Below are positions 39,752 to 49,106 of a DNA stretch of 64,000 bases, piece by piece. Positions within the stretch are counted from its first letter, which is position 1. Each line of letters opens with the position of its first letter. The position numbers and the translations under genes are program-made. Source of the stretch: Dehalococcoidia bacterium (GTDB lineage: Bacteria; Chloroflexota; Dehalococcoidia; Lucifugimonadales; UBA3495); NCBI GenBank assembly GCA_045562555.1, contig JBJKVO010000001.1, positions 328,148 through 392,147 on the forward strand. The letters are read 5' to 3'. The notes beneath the pieces were generated by a model. The model saw only the letters and a list, made by a program, of their open reading frames with translations. It had not been told where the DNA came from and ran no database searches.

Positions 39752-41290
39752 GGCCTGAGAATTCCAGACAATTTGCCCGTCAAGTACAGTCAGTAAGACA
39801 GGGTTTGAGCTTCCTATAAGAGAGGTGTCTAGAATGGCTAAGTCTGCCAATAGGCCAGTACGTAAGGTTCCTTTATTATTATGCTGTCCCTCCACTTTAG
39901 CTCCATTAGTAGTGTAACAGTTGATGATTTCGTTGAAAGATAATCTTTCAGTGGGTGCTCCCAGTAACTTTCCTTGAAGGGTGTTGCGTGATTGGGCACT
40001 TACAAATCCTTCCCAAGGATCTGGAGGAATAACAGGGCTATCAGAACTTAATGCTAGTACACTCGAGCTTTCCAACATCGAGCGTAAAGGGTATAAATTT
40101 CGAAGTTTATCGTTAGAATTGGATTGCATGTAATAGTCTCCACGGTGCAATATGAATCCGGGCTGAGTGACCGAACAAAAAGGGATTGTTTTGGCTTTTT
40201 CTATAATCGCTGGACTGTACTCACTGCAATGCTCTATTCTATTAATTATGTGAGGATATTGATTATGGGCACTTCTGAACGCGTCTAAAGTCATATCAAT
40301 AGCTTCTTCCTCTACGGCATGTACAGCGACCCTGAAATGGTGACTGTTAGCCAAATTTATTAAGGTCTCGAGTTCCGATTTTGAAGGAATGTAATTACCT
40401 GTAGCTTCTGACAGCATAATTTTCAACCCTATGAATTTCACCATATCCGTATTTATTTCATTACTGATGTAAGCTAGTTCATTTATATTTTGGATGTTAC
40501 AGCCAATCATTAAACCTATTCTGAGCCTGTTTAAATCGGTGATTGCGGAAAGCCGCTTTATTTTTTGAATCTGATTATTGTGTCCAGCATCCTGTACTGA
40601 TGTGATTCCTTTTTCATGAAGCAAAGAGAAAAATGTGGGCAGATTATGATCTGCATGAAATTGATTAGTGACTTGATTTATCTTATGAAAAATTATGCTG
40701 TTCATATCAAAAAACTTACCAGTGAGTTGACCGTTTTCATTAACGTCTGTGACTCCATATGTCACAGTTGAGTCAGGCTGGTTTATATTAAGGAGTTGCA
40801 TAGCCTTGGAATTTAAGATTATGGCGTGCCCGGTTTCATTAGAAATGAAAACCGGATCACTCATTGTTATTTGATCTAACCAGGCTGCACTGAAGTTAAG
40901 GTCAAAGAAAAACCGATCATCCAACCCATGAGCTCCAATCCATTTAGGTTGAGTTGTGTGGTCCAGGATAGTGGCTATGGCATCTTTAAGTTTTGCGTAA
41001 TCGTATGCTGGTATATGGTGCATTCGTTCTTGGGTTAATACTGCGGCGGATGATAGTAAATGGATGTGAGCGTCATTTATACCAGGTACGACAAGATTAT
41101 TAAAACAGTCAATCCGCACGCAACTCCCAGGCACTGTTTCTTTACCAGATGGGGAATAAAAAATATTCGTGATTGTATTGCCTTCGATGAGAATATTATT
41201 ACACTGTTTTACGATAGGGTCTTGTGAATGGATCACACAATTTGTTAACAGAATACGCCTGTTGGGATTTTCTTTCGTTCCATCACTCAT
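39731..41290 (-). CDS. Amidohydrolase-family (Amidohydro_3 / YtcJ-like) metal-dependent hydrolase
   Basis: PGINDAHIHLL N-terminal metal motif, AVHAVEEEAID, C-terminal ADLAILD. Confidence 0.7.
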   Translation of the reverse strand: MSDGTKENPNRRILLTNCVIHSQDPIVKQCNNILIEGNTITNIFYSPSGKETVPGSCVRIDCFNNLVVPGINDAHIHLLSSAAVLTQERMHHIPAYDYAKLKDAIATILDHTTQPKWIGAHGLDDRFFFDLNFSAAWLDQITMSDPVFISNETGHAIILNSKAMQLLNINQPDSTVTYGVTDVNENGQLTGKFFDMNSIIFHKINQVTNQFHADHNLPTFFSLLHEKGITSVQDAGHNNQIQKIKRLSAITDLNRLRIGLMIGCNIQNINELAYISNEINTDMVKFIGLKIMLSEATGNYIPSKSELETLINLANSHHFRVAVHAVEEEAIDMTLDAFRSAHNQYPHIINRIEHCSEYSPAIIEKAKTIPFCSVTQPGFILHRGDYYMQSNSNDKLRNLYPLRSMLESSSVLALSSDSPVIPPDPWEGFVSAQSRNTLQGKLLGAPTERLSFNEIINCYTTNGAKVEGQHNNKGTLRTGLLADLAILDTSLIGSSNPVLLTVLDGQIVWNSQALTLTLH

Positions 41291-41308
41291 GAGTGACCCG
41301 TTAAGTTT

Positions 41309-42187
41309 TTATGTTGTAGCAGATAAATGTTGCTCGTCGGCATGATAAGAGCTTCTTACTAATGGCCCTGATGCCACGTGTTTAAATCCTAATGATAATC
41401 CAATTTGTTTGAGCTGTTCGAATTCTTCAGGTTTGTAATACTTAACTGTTTTTAAATGCTTCTGCGATGGCCTTAGGTATTGCCCTATAGTTAATAGATC
41501 GCAATCCACTTTCCTAAGATCTTCCATAGTTCTTTTTAGTTGAACGGTCGTTTCACCCATGCCGACTATGATCCCTGATTTGGTTACTATATCTGGGTCG
41601 ATAGATTTGGTTTTTGATATTAGTTCTAGAGATAAGTCATAATTTCCTTTTGCTCTAACTATAGGAAACACTTCTCGAGTAGATTCTATATTGTGATTTA
41701 AGACGTCTGGTTTTTGGTCCAGTATTGTCTTGAGAGCATCCCAATTTCCTTGAAGATCAGGTATGAGGACTTCTACTTTGCAGCTAGGGCTAGTTTCTCG
41801 AATACGTTTGATACACTCAGCGAATATTGCTGCACCGCCATCATTCAGGTCATCCCGGTTGACCGCAGTTATAACACAATAGCTTAGATTCATTGATTTA
41901 ACAGATTCTGCAACTCTTATCGGCTCGAACGTGTCTAACTCATTAGGTTTCCCGGTTGTCACTGCGCAATAGCGACATGCACGGGTACATATTTCACCTA
42001 ATATCATAAATGTGGCTGTTCCTAGCTCCCAGCATTCACCAATGTTTGGGCAATGCGCTTCTTCACAAACAGTGTGGAGGTTTTTTTTCCTCATTAGATC
42101 TTTGAGTTCCATGTATTTTGGTCCGCCAGGCATTTTGGCTTTAATCCATGGAGGCAATCGAGTTTCCGAAGTTCTGTTTTCAGGCAT
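41309..42187 (-). CDS. lipA: Lipoyl synthase
   Basis: CEEAHCPNIGECW auxiliary cluster and CTRACRYCAV radical-SAM cluster. Confidence 0.9.
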   Translation of the reverse strand: MPENRTSETRLPPWIKAKMPGGPKYMELKDLMRKKNLHTVCEEAHCPNIGECWELGTATFMILGEICTRACRYCAVTTGKPNELDTFEPIRVAESVKSMNLSYCVITAVNRDDLNDGGAAIFAECIKRIRETSPSCKVEVLIPDLQGNWDALKTILDQKPDVLNHNIESTREVFPIVRAKGNYDLSLELISKTKSIDPDIVTKSGIIVGMGETTVQLKRTMEDLRKVDCDLLTIGQYLRPSQKHLKTVKYYKPEEFEQLKQIGLSLGFKHVASGPLVRSSYHADEQHLSATT

Positions 42188-42195
42188 ATGTCACC

Positions 42196-42822
42196 TTAAG
42201 TAATCTCTATATGAGGTCGATTTAGTCTTTGCTTCTCTGCGGCCAAAATAGTGTCTATTTGGTTTACAGTACTTTCTAAACTATTCTCTTTATTAATTAT
42301 ATAATATTCGAAGTCGTTTAGCTTGGATAATTCTTCACGTGCCACTTCAAGTCTGAGTTGTAATTGGTCTTCTGATTCAGTCATACGAGTTCTTAACCGA
42401 TTTTCCAAATCGTTTAGGGTTCCTGGGATCATGAAAATCGAGATTGCGTTTGGTATTAGGGATTTGATTGTGGCTGCTCCCTGTATGTCCACTTTTAGGA
42501 TTACGTCTAAACCTTGTTTAAGAGGTCCTGACACTTGAGACTTTGGCACTCCATACCACTTATCATAAACATTAGCCGATTCTAAAAATTCATTGTTTTC
42601 GAGAGCTGTTCTAAATTCTGCTTCATCCATGAATATGTAATCAACTCCGTCAGTCTCATTGTGCCTTCTAGGTCTGGTAGTTGCTGTTACAACGTAATGC
42701 CAGGGTCGTTCTGATTTTTTCAGCTCGTTTAAGGCGGCATCTTTCCCAACACCGGACGGTCCCGTTAAGATCACGACTAATGGTTGGTTATTATGTTGTT
42801 GTACGGACTCAGATATTTCCAT
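42196..42822 (-). CDS. gmk: Guanylate kinase
   Basis: LTGPSGVGKDA P-loop and TTRPRRHNETDGVDYIF. Confidence 0.85.
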   Translation of the reverse strand: MEISESVQQHNNQPLVVILTGPSGVGKDAALNELKKSERPWHYVVTATTRPRRHNETDGVDYIFMDEAEFRTALENNEFLESANVYDKWYGVPKSQVSGPLKQGLDVILKVDIQGAATIKSLIPNAISIFMIPGTLNDLENRLRTRMTESEDQLQLRLEVAREELSKLNDFEYYIINKENSLESTVNQIDTILAAEKQRLNRPHIEIT

Positions 42823-44107
42823 TCATTAACTGGTGCGCTTGTCCCCAGAATGAGGGGTAAGATATCGATGCAGATTCTGGGTTGACGATTGTTGTTTCTC
42901 CGGATGATAGTAGGCCTGCTATAGCTGACGACATTGCTAGCCTATGATCATGGTGACTGTTGCACTCTGCTCCTTGTAATTTACCTGTACCTTGGATTAT
43001 GAGACCATCTTCTGTAGGCTCAATGCTACCTCCCAGGGCTTGTACCATTTCTACGGTGGTGGCGATCCTGTCGGATTCTTTTACCCTCAATTCTGCTGCG
43101 TCTTTAATTGTCGTGATCCCTTCTGCAAAACATGCAGCAATCGCAAGTATTGGGACTTCGTCAATTAAAAGCGGAATCAAGTCTCCACTCAATTCTACTC
43201 CTCGTAATTGGCAGGAAGATACTTCTATGTCAGCTACCGGTTCTCCTCCCTGAATTCGATGGGAAGTTAAGTTAAGGGATTTTTCAGCCCCCATCATTTC
43301 TAGTGCGGTTAATATTCCTGTTCGGGATGGGTTTATACCAATATTTTGAATTTTCAATTTGGCATCGGGATGACAGAGCGCTGCAACCATCCAAAAAGCA
43401 GCTGAGCTTATATCCCCTGGTACCTCCACATCTATGGTATTTATTTCTGATGGATGTATGGTTAGTTCGAGATCTGTGGAAGATAGTTGGCATCCCATAG
43501 CGCTGAGCATGAGCTCAGTATGATCTCTGGAAACGGCAGGCTGTATTAAAGTGGTGGATGAATCAGCTGAAAGCCCCGCAATTAATAAGCAGGATTTTAC
43601 TTGGGCGCTGGCCACTGGCATAGTATATTTTATTCCCTTGAGGTTTCCGCCATTGATAGCGAAAGGAGCTAAAGAATTATCTTTTCTCCCCAAAATAGTT
43701 GCGCCCATTTCAGTCAAAGGATCGATTACTCTTCCCATTGGTCTACTGTTAAGAGATGCATCTCCGCTTAAAACGGAAAAAATGTCTGCACTTGCTAACA
43801 ATCCTGATATTAATCTCATCGAGGTGCCGCTGTTACCCGCATCCAATATGTGAGGACTTTCACTGAAAGCCCCGTTAGTTCCAGTGATTTTGTATTCTCC
43901 CGGGAGTTTCCCGTCTATGATAGACACTCCTATATTTTGTAATATCCCCTTTGTAGACAATACGTCTTGGCCGCTTGAAAGTCCCGAGACGTATCCGGTA
44001 CCTGCACCTAATGAGTTAAGTATAAGTGACCTATGAGATATGGATTTATCTCCTGGAACTCGTAATTCACCTCTTAAGTGTTTGGGTGACGATATTATTT
44101 CTACCAA
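42809..44107 (-). CDS. aroA: 3-phosphoshikimate 1-carboxyvinyltransferase (EPSP synthase)
   Basis: VPGDKSISHRSLIL and NSGTSMRL motifs. Confidence 0.9.
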   Translation of the reverse strand: MVEIISSPKHLRGELRVPGDKSISHRSLILNSLGAGTGYVSGLSSGQDVLSTKGILQNIGVSIIDGKLPGEYKITGTNGAFSESPHILDAGNSGTSMRLISGLLASADIFSVLSGDASLNSRPMGRVIDPLTEMGATILGRKDNSLAPFAINGGNLKGIKYTMPVASAQVKSCLLIAGLSADSSTTLIQPAVSRDHTELMLSAMGCQLSSTDLELTIHPSEINTIDVEVPGDISSAAFWMVAALCHPDAKLKIQNIGINPSRTGILTALEMMGAEKSLNLTSHRIQGGEPVADIEVSSCQLRGVELSGDLIPLLIDEVPILAIAACFAEGITTIKDAAELRVKESDRIATTVEMVQALGGSIEPTEDGLIIQGTGKLQGAECNSHHDHRLAMSSAIAGLLSSGETTIVNPESASISYPSFWGQAHQLMNGNI

Positions 44108-44119
44108 TATAAAACCCCG

Positions 44120-45148
44120 TTATTTTCGTTTTTTGCTAGATCCCCAATCTCCCATCATACGCTTGCGCGCATCCATGAGTCGTTTCCCTAAAAACATCTC
44201 TCCTACACCGTCTGAAAAACTGGGGACGTCTTTGTTAAAATCATACCCTCGAGCAGAAAGCCCACCAGATTTAGTGAGCCAAGACTCTCTTGATATTAAT
44301 GCCTTGGTAAAGTAGTCAAGAACTTCTTCTGAAGATTCTTCTGAAGGTTCGCGCTCGTCTTGCACTGCAAGGAGTTGTTTGAATGATTCTAGGTTAGTAA
44401 TCAGCATATCGATCCAATGAGTTATATGTTCTGAATTGGATACCGAGATGTCTTTGTGCATTACAGGGTCACCAGAAGCCAGCCTTGTTATATCTCTGAA
44501 CCCTGAAGCAGCTAAATGAGAGATATCATCCCAGTTTTCGCTTCCTGAAGTACACTGAATTAGAGCTGTGGATAGAACGAATGGGAGATGGCTTACAGCA
44601 GCGACATAACTGTCGTGTTCGTCTAAGCTAATGTAGTATGGTTCAGATTTGACAGCAGTTGCTAGTTTACTTATCTGTTCCACTGATTCTTTGGATGCTG
44701 TAGGACTCGGAATTATGCAATAGACTTTGTCTGTGAAGAGGTTTGCTTCAGCATTTTCGGGTCCATGGGTTTCTTTGCCTGCCATTGGATGACCACCTAC
44801 GTAGTCAACATGTTCGGGAAGGATGGATGAGGCCCACTCAGCTATGGTTCGCTTAGTGGAGCCCACGTCGGTAACTATGCACCCTTCCTTTAGTTCTGGT
44901 GCTATATAGCCCATTGTCTCTTCCATTGCCATTACTGGTACTGCTAATATGACTATGTCAGCATCGTGAATCGCGTTTAACAACTTGTTTTCAATTTTAT
45001 CGAAGCCACCAGATTTTTGGGCTCCTACTCGTGAATCTCGATTATAGTCAGTGCCCACGATCTCAAGATTATTTATATTAGCTTCCTTCAAAGCTAATGC
45101 CATGGAAGTCCCGATAAGACCTGTTCCTACTATAGTTAATTTAGCCAT
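44120..45148 (-). CDS. tyrA: Prephenate dehydrogenase with a ~60-aa basic C-terminal extension
   Basis: TIVGTGLIGTSMA Rossmann motif and GGHPMAGKE. Confidence 0.8.
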   Translation of the reverse strand: MAKLTIVGTGLIGTSMALALKEANINNLEIVGTDYNRDSRVGAQKSGGFDKIENKLLNAIHDADIVILAVPVMAMEETMGYIAPELKEGCIVTDVGSTKRTIAEWASSILPEHVDYVGGHPMAGKETHGPENAEANLFTDKVYCIIPSPTASKESVEQISKLATAVKSEPYYISLDEHDSYVAAVSHLPFVLSTALIQCTSGSENWDDISHLAASGFRDITRLASGDPVMHKDISVSNSEHITHWIDMLITNLESFKQLLAVQDEREPSEESSEEVLDYFTKALISRESWLTKSGGLSARGYDFNKDVPSFSDGVGEMFLGKRLMDARKRMMGDWGSSKKRK

Positions 45149-45283
45149 ATTTTCCTCTTAAACACAATGTTATTATACGTCCTGTATTCAAGTAAACATT
45201 TCTGCGCTATTTATTTAGTTTCGTATGTCGACCTGTTTGAAGTATAATGCGATTCCTGATTATAACTTAATAAAGGAGGGATT

Positions 45284-45976
45284 ATGAAGTTATTAGTGTT
45301 GAGTGGTGGTAGGCATCCTTACGATGAATCCACCCCAGTTTTAGATCAATTTTTGCAAGATGCGGGTCACGACGTTACCGTCACAGAAGATGCCTCGATT
45401 CTTTCCGACGAAAACATGATGTCAAGCTTTGACTCGGTCGTTTTCAACACAAGGCGAGAAAACTTACCTGATTTTGAACCACTAGCATTCAACCAAGCCG
45501 AAAAGACTGGTATTACTAATTATATTTCCAATGGAGGAGGGTTTGTATGTATACACATCTCGACTTGCGTTGCTGATTCTTGGCCCGAATATCATGACAT
45601 CACCGGTGGAGGCTGGATCACAGGAACAAGCTTCCATCCACCTTACGGAAAATTTACCGTAAATGTGAGCAATGATAATCATCCCGGAGTACAAGGTGTA
45701 ACAGATTTTGAGACTGACGATGAACTTTATATGGGGTTAGCATTGAAAGATGGTAATGACGTATTTATCACAGGGGATTCCGAGGAAGGCACTCATCCGT
45801 GGGGGCCAGATAAGAATCCTATGCTTATGCCCGGAGGTACTTTCCCATTGGGTTGGACCAGGACATACGGCGAAGGTAAAGTATTTGTTTTGCTTCTTGG
45901 TCATGACGGGAAAAGTTTTAAAAGCCCCGAATTTCAAAGAATCGTTCTTAACGGTGTGGAGATAGTTAATAGCTAG
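45284..45976 (+). CDS. ThuA-like (trehalose-utilisation-like, class I glutamine-amidotransferase-fold) protein
   Basis: MKLLVLSGGRHPYDES..., GGGFVCIH. Strong AAGGAGGG SD. Confidence 0.6.
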   Translation: MKLLVLSGGRHPYDESTPVLDQFLQDAGHDVTVTEDASILSDENMMSSFDSVVFNTRRENLPDFEPLAFNQAEKTGITNYISNGGGFVCIHISTCVADSWPEYHDITGGGWITGTSFHPPYGKFTVNVSNDNHPGVQGVTDFETDDELYMGLALKDGNDVFITGDSEEGTHPWGPDKNPMLMPGGTFPLGWTRTYGEGKVFVLLLGHDGKSFKSPEFQRIVLNGVEIVNS

Positions 45977-45993
45977 GGTCCCACAGCAAGGTT

Positions 45994-46497
45994 TTGATGA
46001 AGGATAAGATGCACATTGTATTAGTAGAGCCTAGAATTCCTGCAAACACTGGGAATTTGATTAGATTGACTGCTAATATGGGTGCATCTCTTCATTTGAT
46101 TCACCCACTAGGGTTTAATCTGGAAGATGCTAAGTTGCGTAGAGCCGGTTTAGATTACTCTGACTTGTCTGACGTCTATGAGTATCAAGAGTTTGATGCT
46201 TACGTATCCTCAAATCCAGACCGCAGGTTAATATTTTTTTCAGCTAAAGGAAACGTGTTGTACTCTGAATGTTCATATACAGATTATGATTCCTTGATAT
46301 TTGGATCAGAAGACACTGGATTAAACAATGAACTACTCCAAAAACATGAGGATGCTATCAAAAGTTATATCCCGATGATGCCTCATAATAGAAGCATCAA
46401 TTTGTCGAATGCTGTAGCGGTAGTTGCATTCGAAGCTTGGAGGCAAATGGGATTTAATCATGCTGAATATTCTCCCAGGAACACCCGTTTTAGTTAA
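45994..46497 (+). CDS. trmL: SpoU-family tRNA (cytidine/uridine-2'-O)-methyltransferase TrmL-like
   Basis: HIVLVEPRIPANTGNLIRL, LIFGSEDTGL, SINLSNAVAV. Confidence 0.75.
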   Translation: MMKDKMHIVLVEPRIPANTGNLIRLTANMGASLHLIHPLGFNLEDAKLRRAGLDYSDLSDVYEYQEFDAYVSSNPDRRLIFFSAKGNVLYSECSYTDYDSLIFGSEDTGLNNELLQKHEDAIKSYIPMMPHNRSINLSNAVAVVAFEAWRQMGFNHAEYSPRNTRFS

Positions 46498-46662
46498 CAT
46501 AACATATAATTTGAATCTATTATAGTGTTTGGAATTTGATTTATTTACCTATAAATGCGTTATTTGATTTGACGGAAAGGGTGATTTCAGGGTAGGGTTT
46601 AAGAATCCAAAACGAAACATGGTGTTTTTTATCGCTTGCGAAATTATCAAGGAGGACAAATC

Positions 46663-47784
46663 ATGAAGCACGTTAAATTATTGTTTCTTTCATTAGTTAT
46701 TTCAATGATGACCGTAGCCTTAGTTGCTTGTGGCTCAGAACCACAAGTTGTTACTGAGACTGTAGAAGTGGTCAAAGAAGTCGAAGTAGTTAAAGAAGTA
46801 GAAGTGGTTAAAACTGAAACCGTTACCGAAACCGTTGAGGTTGAGGTAGAGGTGGAAGCAACTCGAGAAAAACGAGAAATCATATTTGCCGGATTGGACT
46901 GGACCAGTGTGATGGTTCAAAATGGCGTAGCCAGTTACATAGTAGAACATGGGTATGGATACCCTGTTAGCTCTGTTCCTGGTTCAACAGTCCCATTATT
47001 TCAGGGATTGATTAAAGGGGATGTCGACATCAACATGGAAGTTTGGCTCCCTAACCAGAACGAAGCTTGGGACAAAGGAACCAAGAACGGTCAAGTTATC
47101 GGTGTAGGCAAAAGCTTAGCAGATAACTGGCAGAGTACTTTCGTAGTACATCAACACACCCTCGATGCTAACCCTGGTCTAGTAAAAGCTACAGACTTGT
47201 TGGAATACCATCATTTGTTTACGGAACCAGATAGTGGCGGGAAAGGTGTCCTTGTAGGATGTATAGCTGGATGGGCTTGCCGTGGTGTTAACGAAGCTCA
47301 GATTGAAGTACTTGGACTATCTGATGTTATCGAACTCAGAGATCCAGGCAGCCAGGCTGGTCTGTTCGCGTCTATCGGAGCAGCCGGTGACAAAGGTACA
47401 GACTGGTTGGGATACATGTGGGGACCCACTCAACCAGACATAGATTATGATCTAGTCGTATTAGAACAAGATCCTGCTGAAGATTGTGGAGGAGAACCTA
47501 AATTAGGTTGTTCCTTCGGCCTAGCAGAGGTTTTGGTCGCTGTTCATGCTACTATGTTGGAAGATGCTCCTGATGTAGTATCTTTCCTCAACAAGTACAG
47601 TTGGCCAGCTGAGTATCAGTTGCCTGCTGAGGCTTGGTATAACGACAACAAAGATAAGTCAGAATACAAAGATGATCCAGGAGCAGCAGTTGCAGAGTGG
47701 TTCTTAACTGAACACGATGGCTGGGAAGCTTGGTTAACAGAAGAAGCAGTGGAGAATGTTCATGAGGCTCTGGGGAATCATTAA
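46663..47784 (+). CDS. Glycine betaine/choline-type ABC substrate-binding lipoprotein (OpuAC/ProX-like)
   Basis: ATG 46663, preceded by AAGGAGGA. Lipobox ALVAC|G, then an E/V/K/T repeat linker, then an OpuAC-like domain (FAGLDWTS...VDINMEVW). Confidence 0.7.
   Translation: MKHVKLLFLSLVISMMTVALVACGSEPQVVTETVEVVKEVEVVKEVEVVKTETVTETVEVEVEVEATREKREIIFAGLDWTSVMVQNGVASYIVEHGYGYPVSSVPGSTVPLFQGLIKGDVDINMEVWLPNQNEAWDKGTKNGQVIGVGKSLADNWQSTFVVHQHTLDANPGLVKATDLLEYHHLFTEPDSGGKGVLVGCIAGWACRGVNEAQIEVLGLSDVIELRDPGSQAGLFASIGAAGDKGTDWLGYMWGPTQPDIDYDLVVLEQDPAEDCGGEPKLGCSFGLAEVLVAVHATMLEDAPDVVSFLNKYSWPAEYQLPAEAWYNDNKDKSEYKDDPGAAVAEWFLTEHDGWEAWLTEEAVENVHEALGNH
46750..46860 (+). repeat. In-frame 18-nt and shorter tandem repeats encoding a (VEVVKE)n / (ETVT) / (VE)n linker
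   Basis: gtagaagtggtcaaagaa / gtcgaagtagttaaagaa / gtagaagtggttaaaact, followed by gaaaccgtt repeats and gttgag/gtagag/gtggaa. Confidence 0.8.
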
Positions 47785-47809
47785 TACCTAGGATAATCCT
47801 GAGTATTTC

Positions 47810-47845
47810 AAGGGCAAGTCACTACGGTGATTTGCCCTTTTTTAT
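47810..47845 (+). terminator. Intrinsic terminator after the binding-protein gene
   Basis: AAGGGCAAGTCAC-tacg-GTGATTTGCCCTT followed by TTTTTATTTT. Confidence 0.75.
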
Positions 47846-49092
47846 TTTACGCGCAGCTTGGGAGGTTTTACTGTGCACATGATGACGGAATTCAGTACGC
47901 AGACTGATAAGAGGATCCACCATGATCTGAAATAATCTCCATCGGCATCCCTTAAGTAACCTATGAGAGGAGCCCCAATACCAGCACTTGCAAGTGTGGC
48001 GGGCATCACTATTCCGCGAATAGAACCGAGAAATTCCCTGCCATAAAAATGAGCAAAAATGAATGAATGCAAGACCATGTTAGCCCCTACTGCTAACCCA
48101 AATGTTATGCCTGAAGCAAACAACCAGAAATTGTTGGTCGCTCCGATCATCATTATGAATGAAACAGTAAACCCTAAAAAGGACCCTATTCCTATGTGGA
48201 CAATGTTGATCCTATCAGCTAACCACCCTGCTATGAGAGCCATGGTTGCTGCGCCCGCTGCGTCCGCGGCAAAGGAATAGGATACAATCCTTGGGTCAAA
48301 GCCTTGCTCCACCCAGTAAGGGATTCTGTGGACAGTTGTTCCGCCTTGTACTAAGCCTAACAGAGTGAAGACAACGACTAATTTCCAAAAGGTTGTAGTC
48401 TTGCATGCCAAAGAGACTGTCCAAATGAAATTCATTGGCATGTTGGTACCTTGCTCATTTTCTGGTGAAGGTAGTAAACCATCAGGATGTAGGCCAATGT
48501 CTTCAGGCTGCCTTTTTAAGAATATAAGAGCCAAAGGTACCGATAAAAGTACGAATATAATAGATAATATAGCCCAGGTGTTTCTCCATCCCGTGGTCTC
48601 TATTAATATTTGAGTGAAAGGGAGAAAAAATATCCCTCCGATTCCCAGTCCCGATGTTGCAACAGCTAAAGCTTTGCCTCTATTTCTTTCGAACCACTTA
48701 GCCACAGGAACAGATGTAACAATGCTATTTGGCGCTCCTAAACCTGAGATTCCTAGGATGGCAAATAAAACTATAAAATGCCACGGATTTGTGATGACCG
48801 AACACAGAAATAATGAGATTCCAATAGTCAAGGAAGACAAGGCGATTAAGGATCGAGGTCCGTACTGATCTAGGATTCTGCCAACGAAAAAACTAGAGCA
48901 CCCAGCAGTCACTCGACGCATAGTGGCAGCCCATCCAAATTGTTGTCTGCTCATATTCAATGACTGAGCCATAGGTAATATGAAGAGTCCTAGGTTGAGA
49001 TTGCCCGTGGCCATCGTTGCGAAGTTAATTGACCACATGGTCGCTACAATGACCCACCCGTAGAATACTTTTTCAGCTAATTTCTTCTGCAT
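47842..49092 (-). CDS. MFS transporter (oxalate/formate-antiporter-like)
   Basis: 416 aa with about 12 hydrophobic segments and an MFS loop motif GRILDQYGPR. Confidence 0.7.
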   Translation of the reverse strand: MQKKLAEKVFYGWVIVATMWSINFATMATGNLNLGLFILPMAQSLNMSRQQFGWAATMRRVTAGCSSFFVGRILDQYGPRSLIALSSLTIGISLFLCSVITNPWHFIVLFAILGISGLGAPNSIVTSVPVAKWFERNRGKALAVATSGLGIGGIFFLPFTQILIETTGWRNTWAILSIIFVLLSVPLALIFLKRQPEDIGLHPDGLLPSPENEQGTNMPMNFIWTVSLACKTTTFWKLVVVFTLLGLVQGGTTVHRIPYWVEQGFDPRIVSYSFAADAAGAATMALIAGWLADRINIVHIGIGSFLGFTVSFIMMIGATNNFWLFASGITFGLAVGANMVLHSFIFAHFYGREFLGSIRGIVMPATLASAGIGAPLIGYLRDADGDYFRSWWILLSVCVLNSVIMCTVKPPKLRVK

Positions 49093-49106
49093 ATAGGCAG
49101 ATTGTA

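Noticed and set aside
46750-46860. Short direct repeats that might suggest a CRISPR or other non-coding array
   Set aside because: The repeats are 6-18 nt, contiguous and in frame, and they encode the E/V/K linker of a lipoprotein. There are no spacers and no cas genes.
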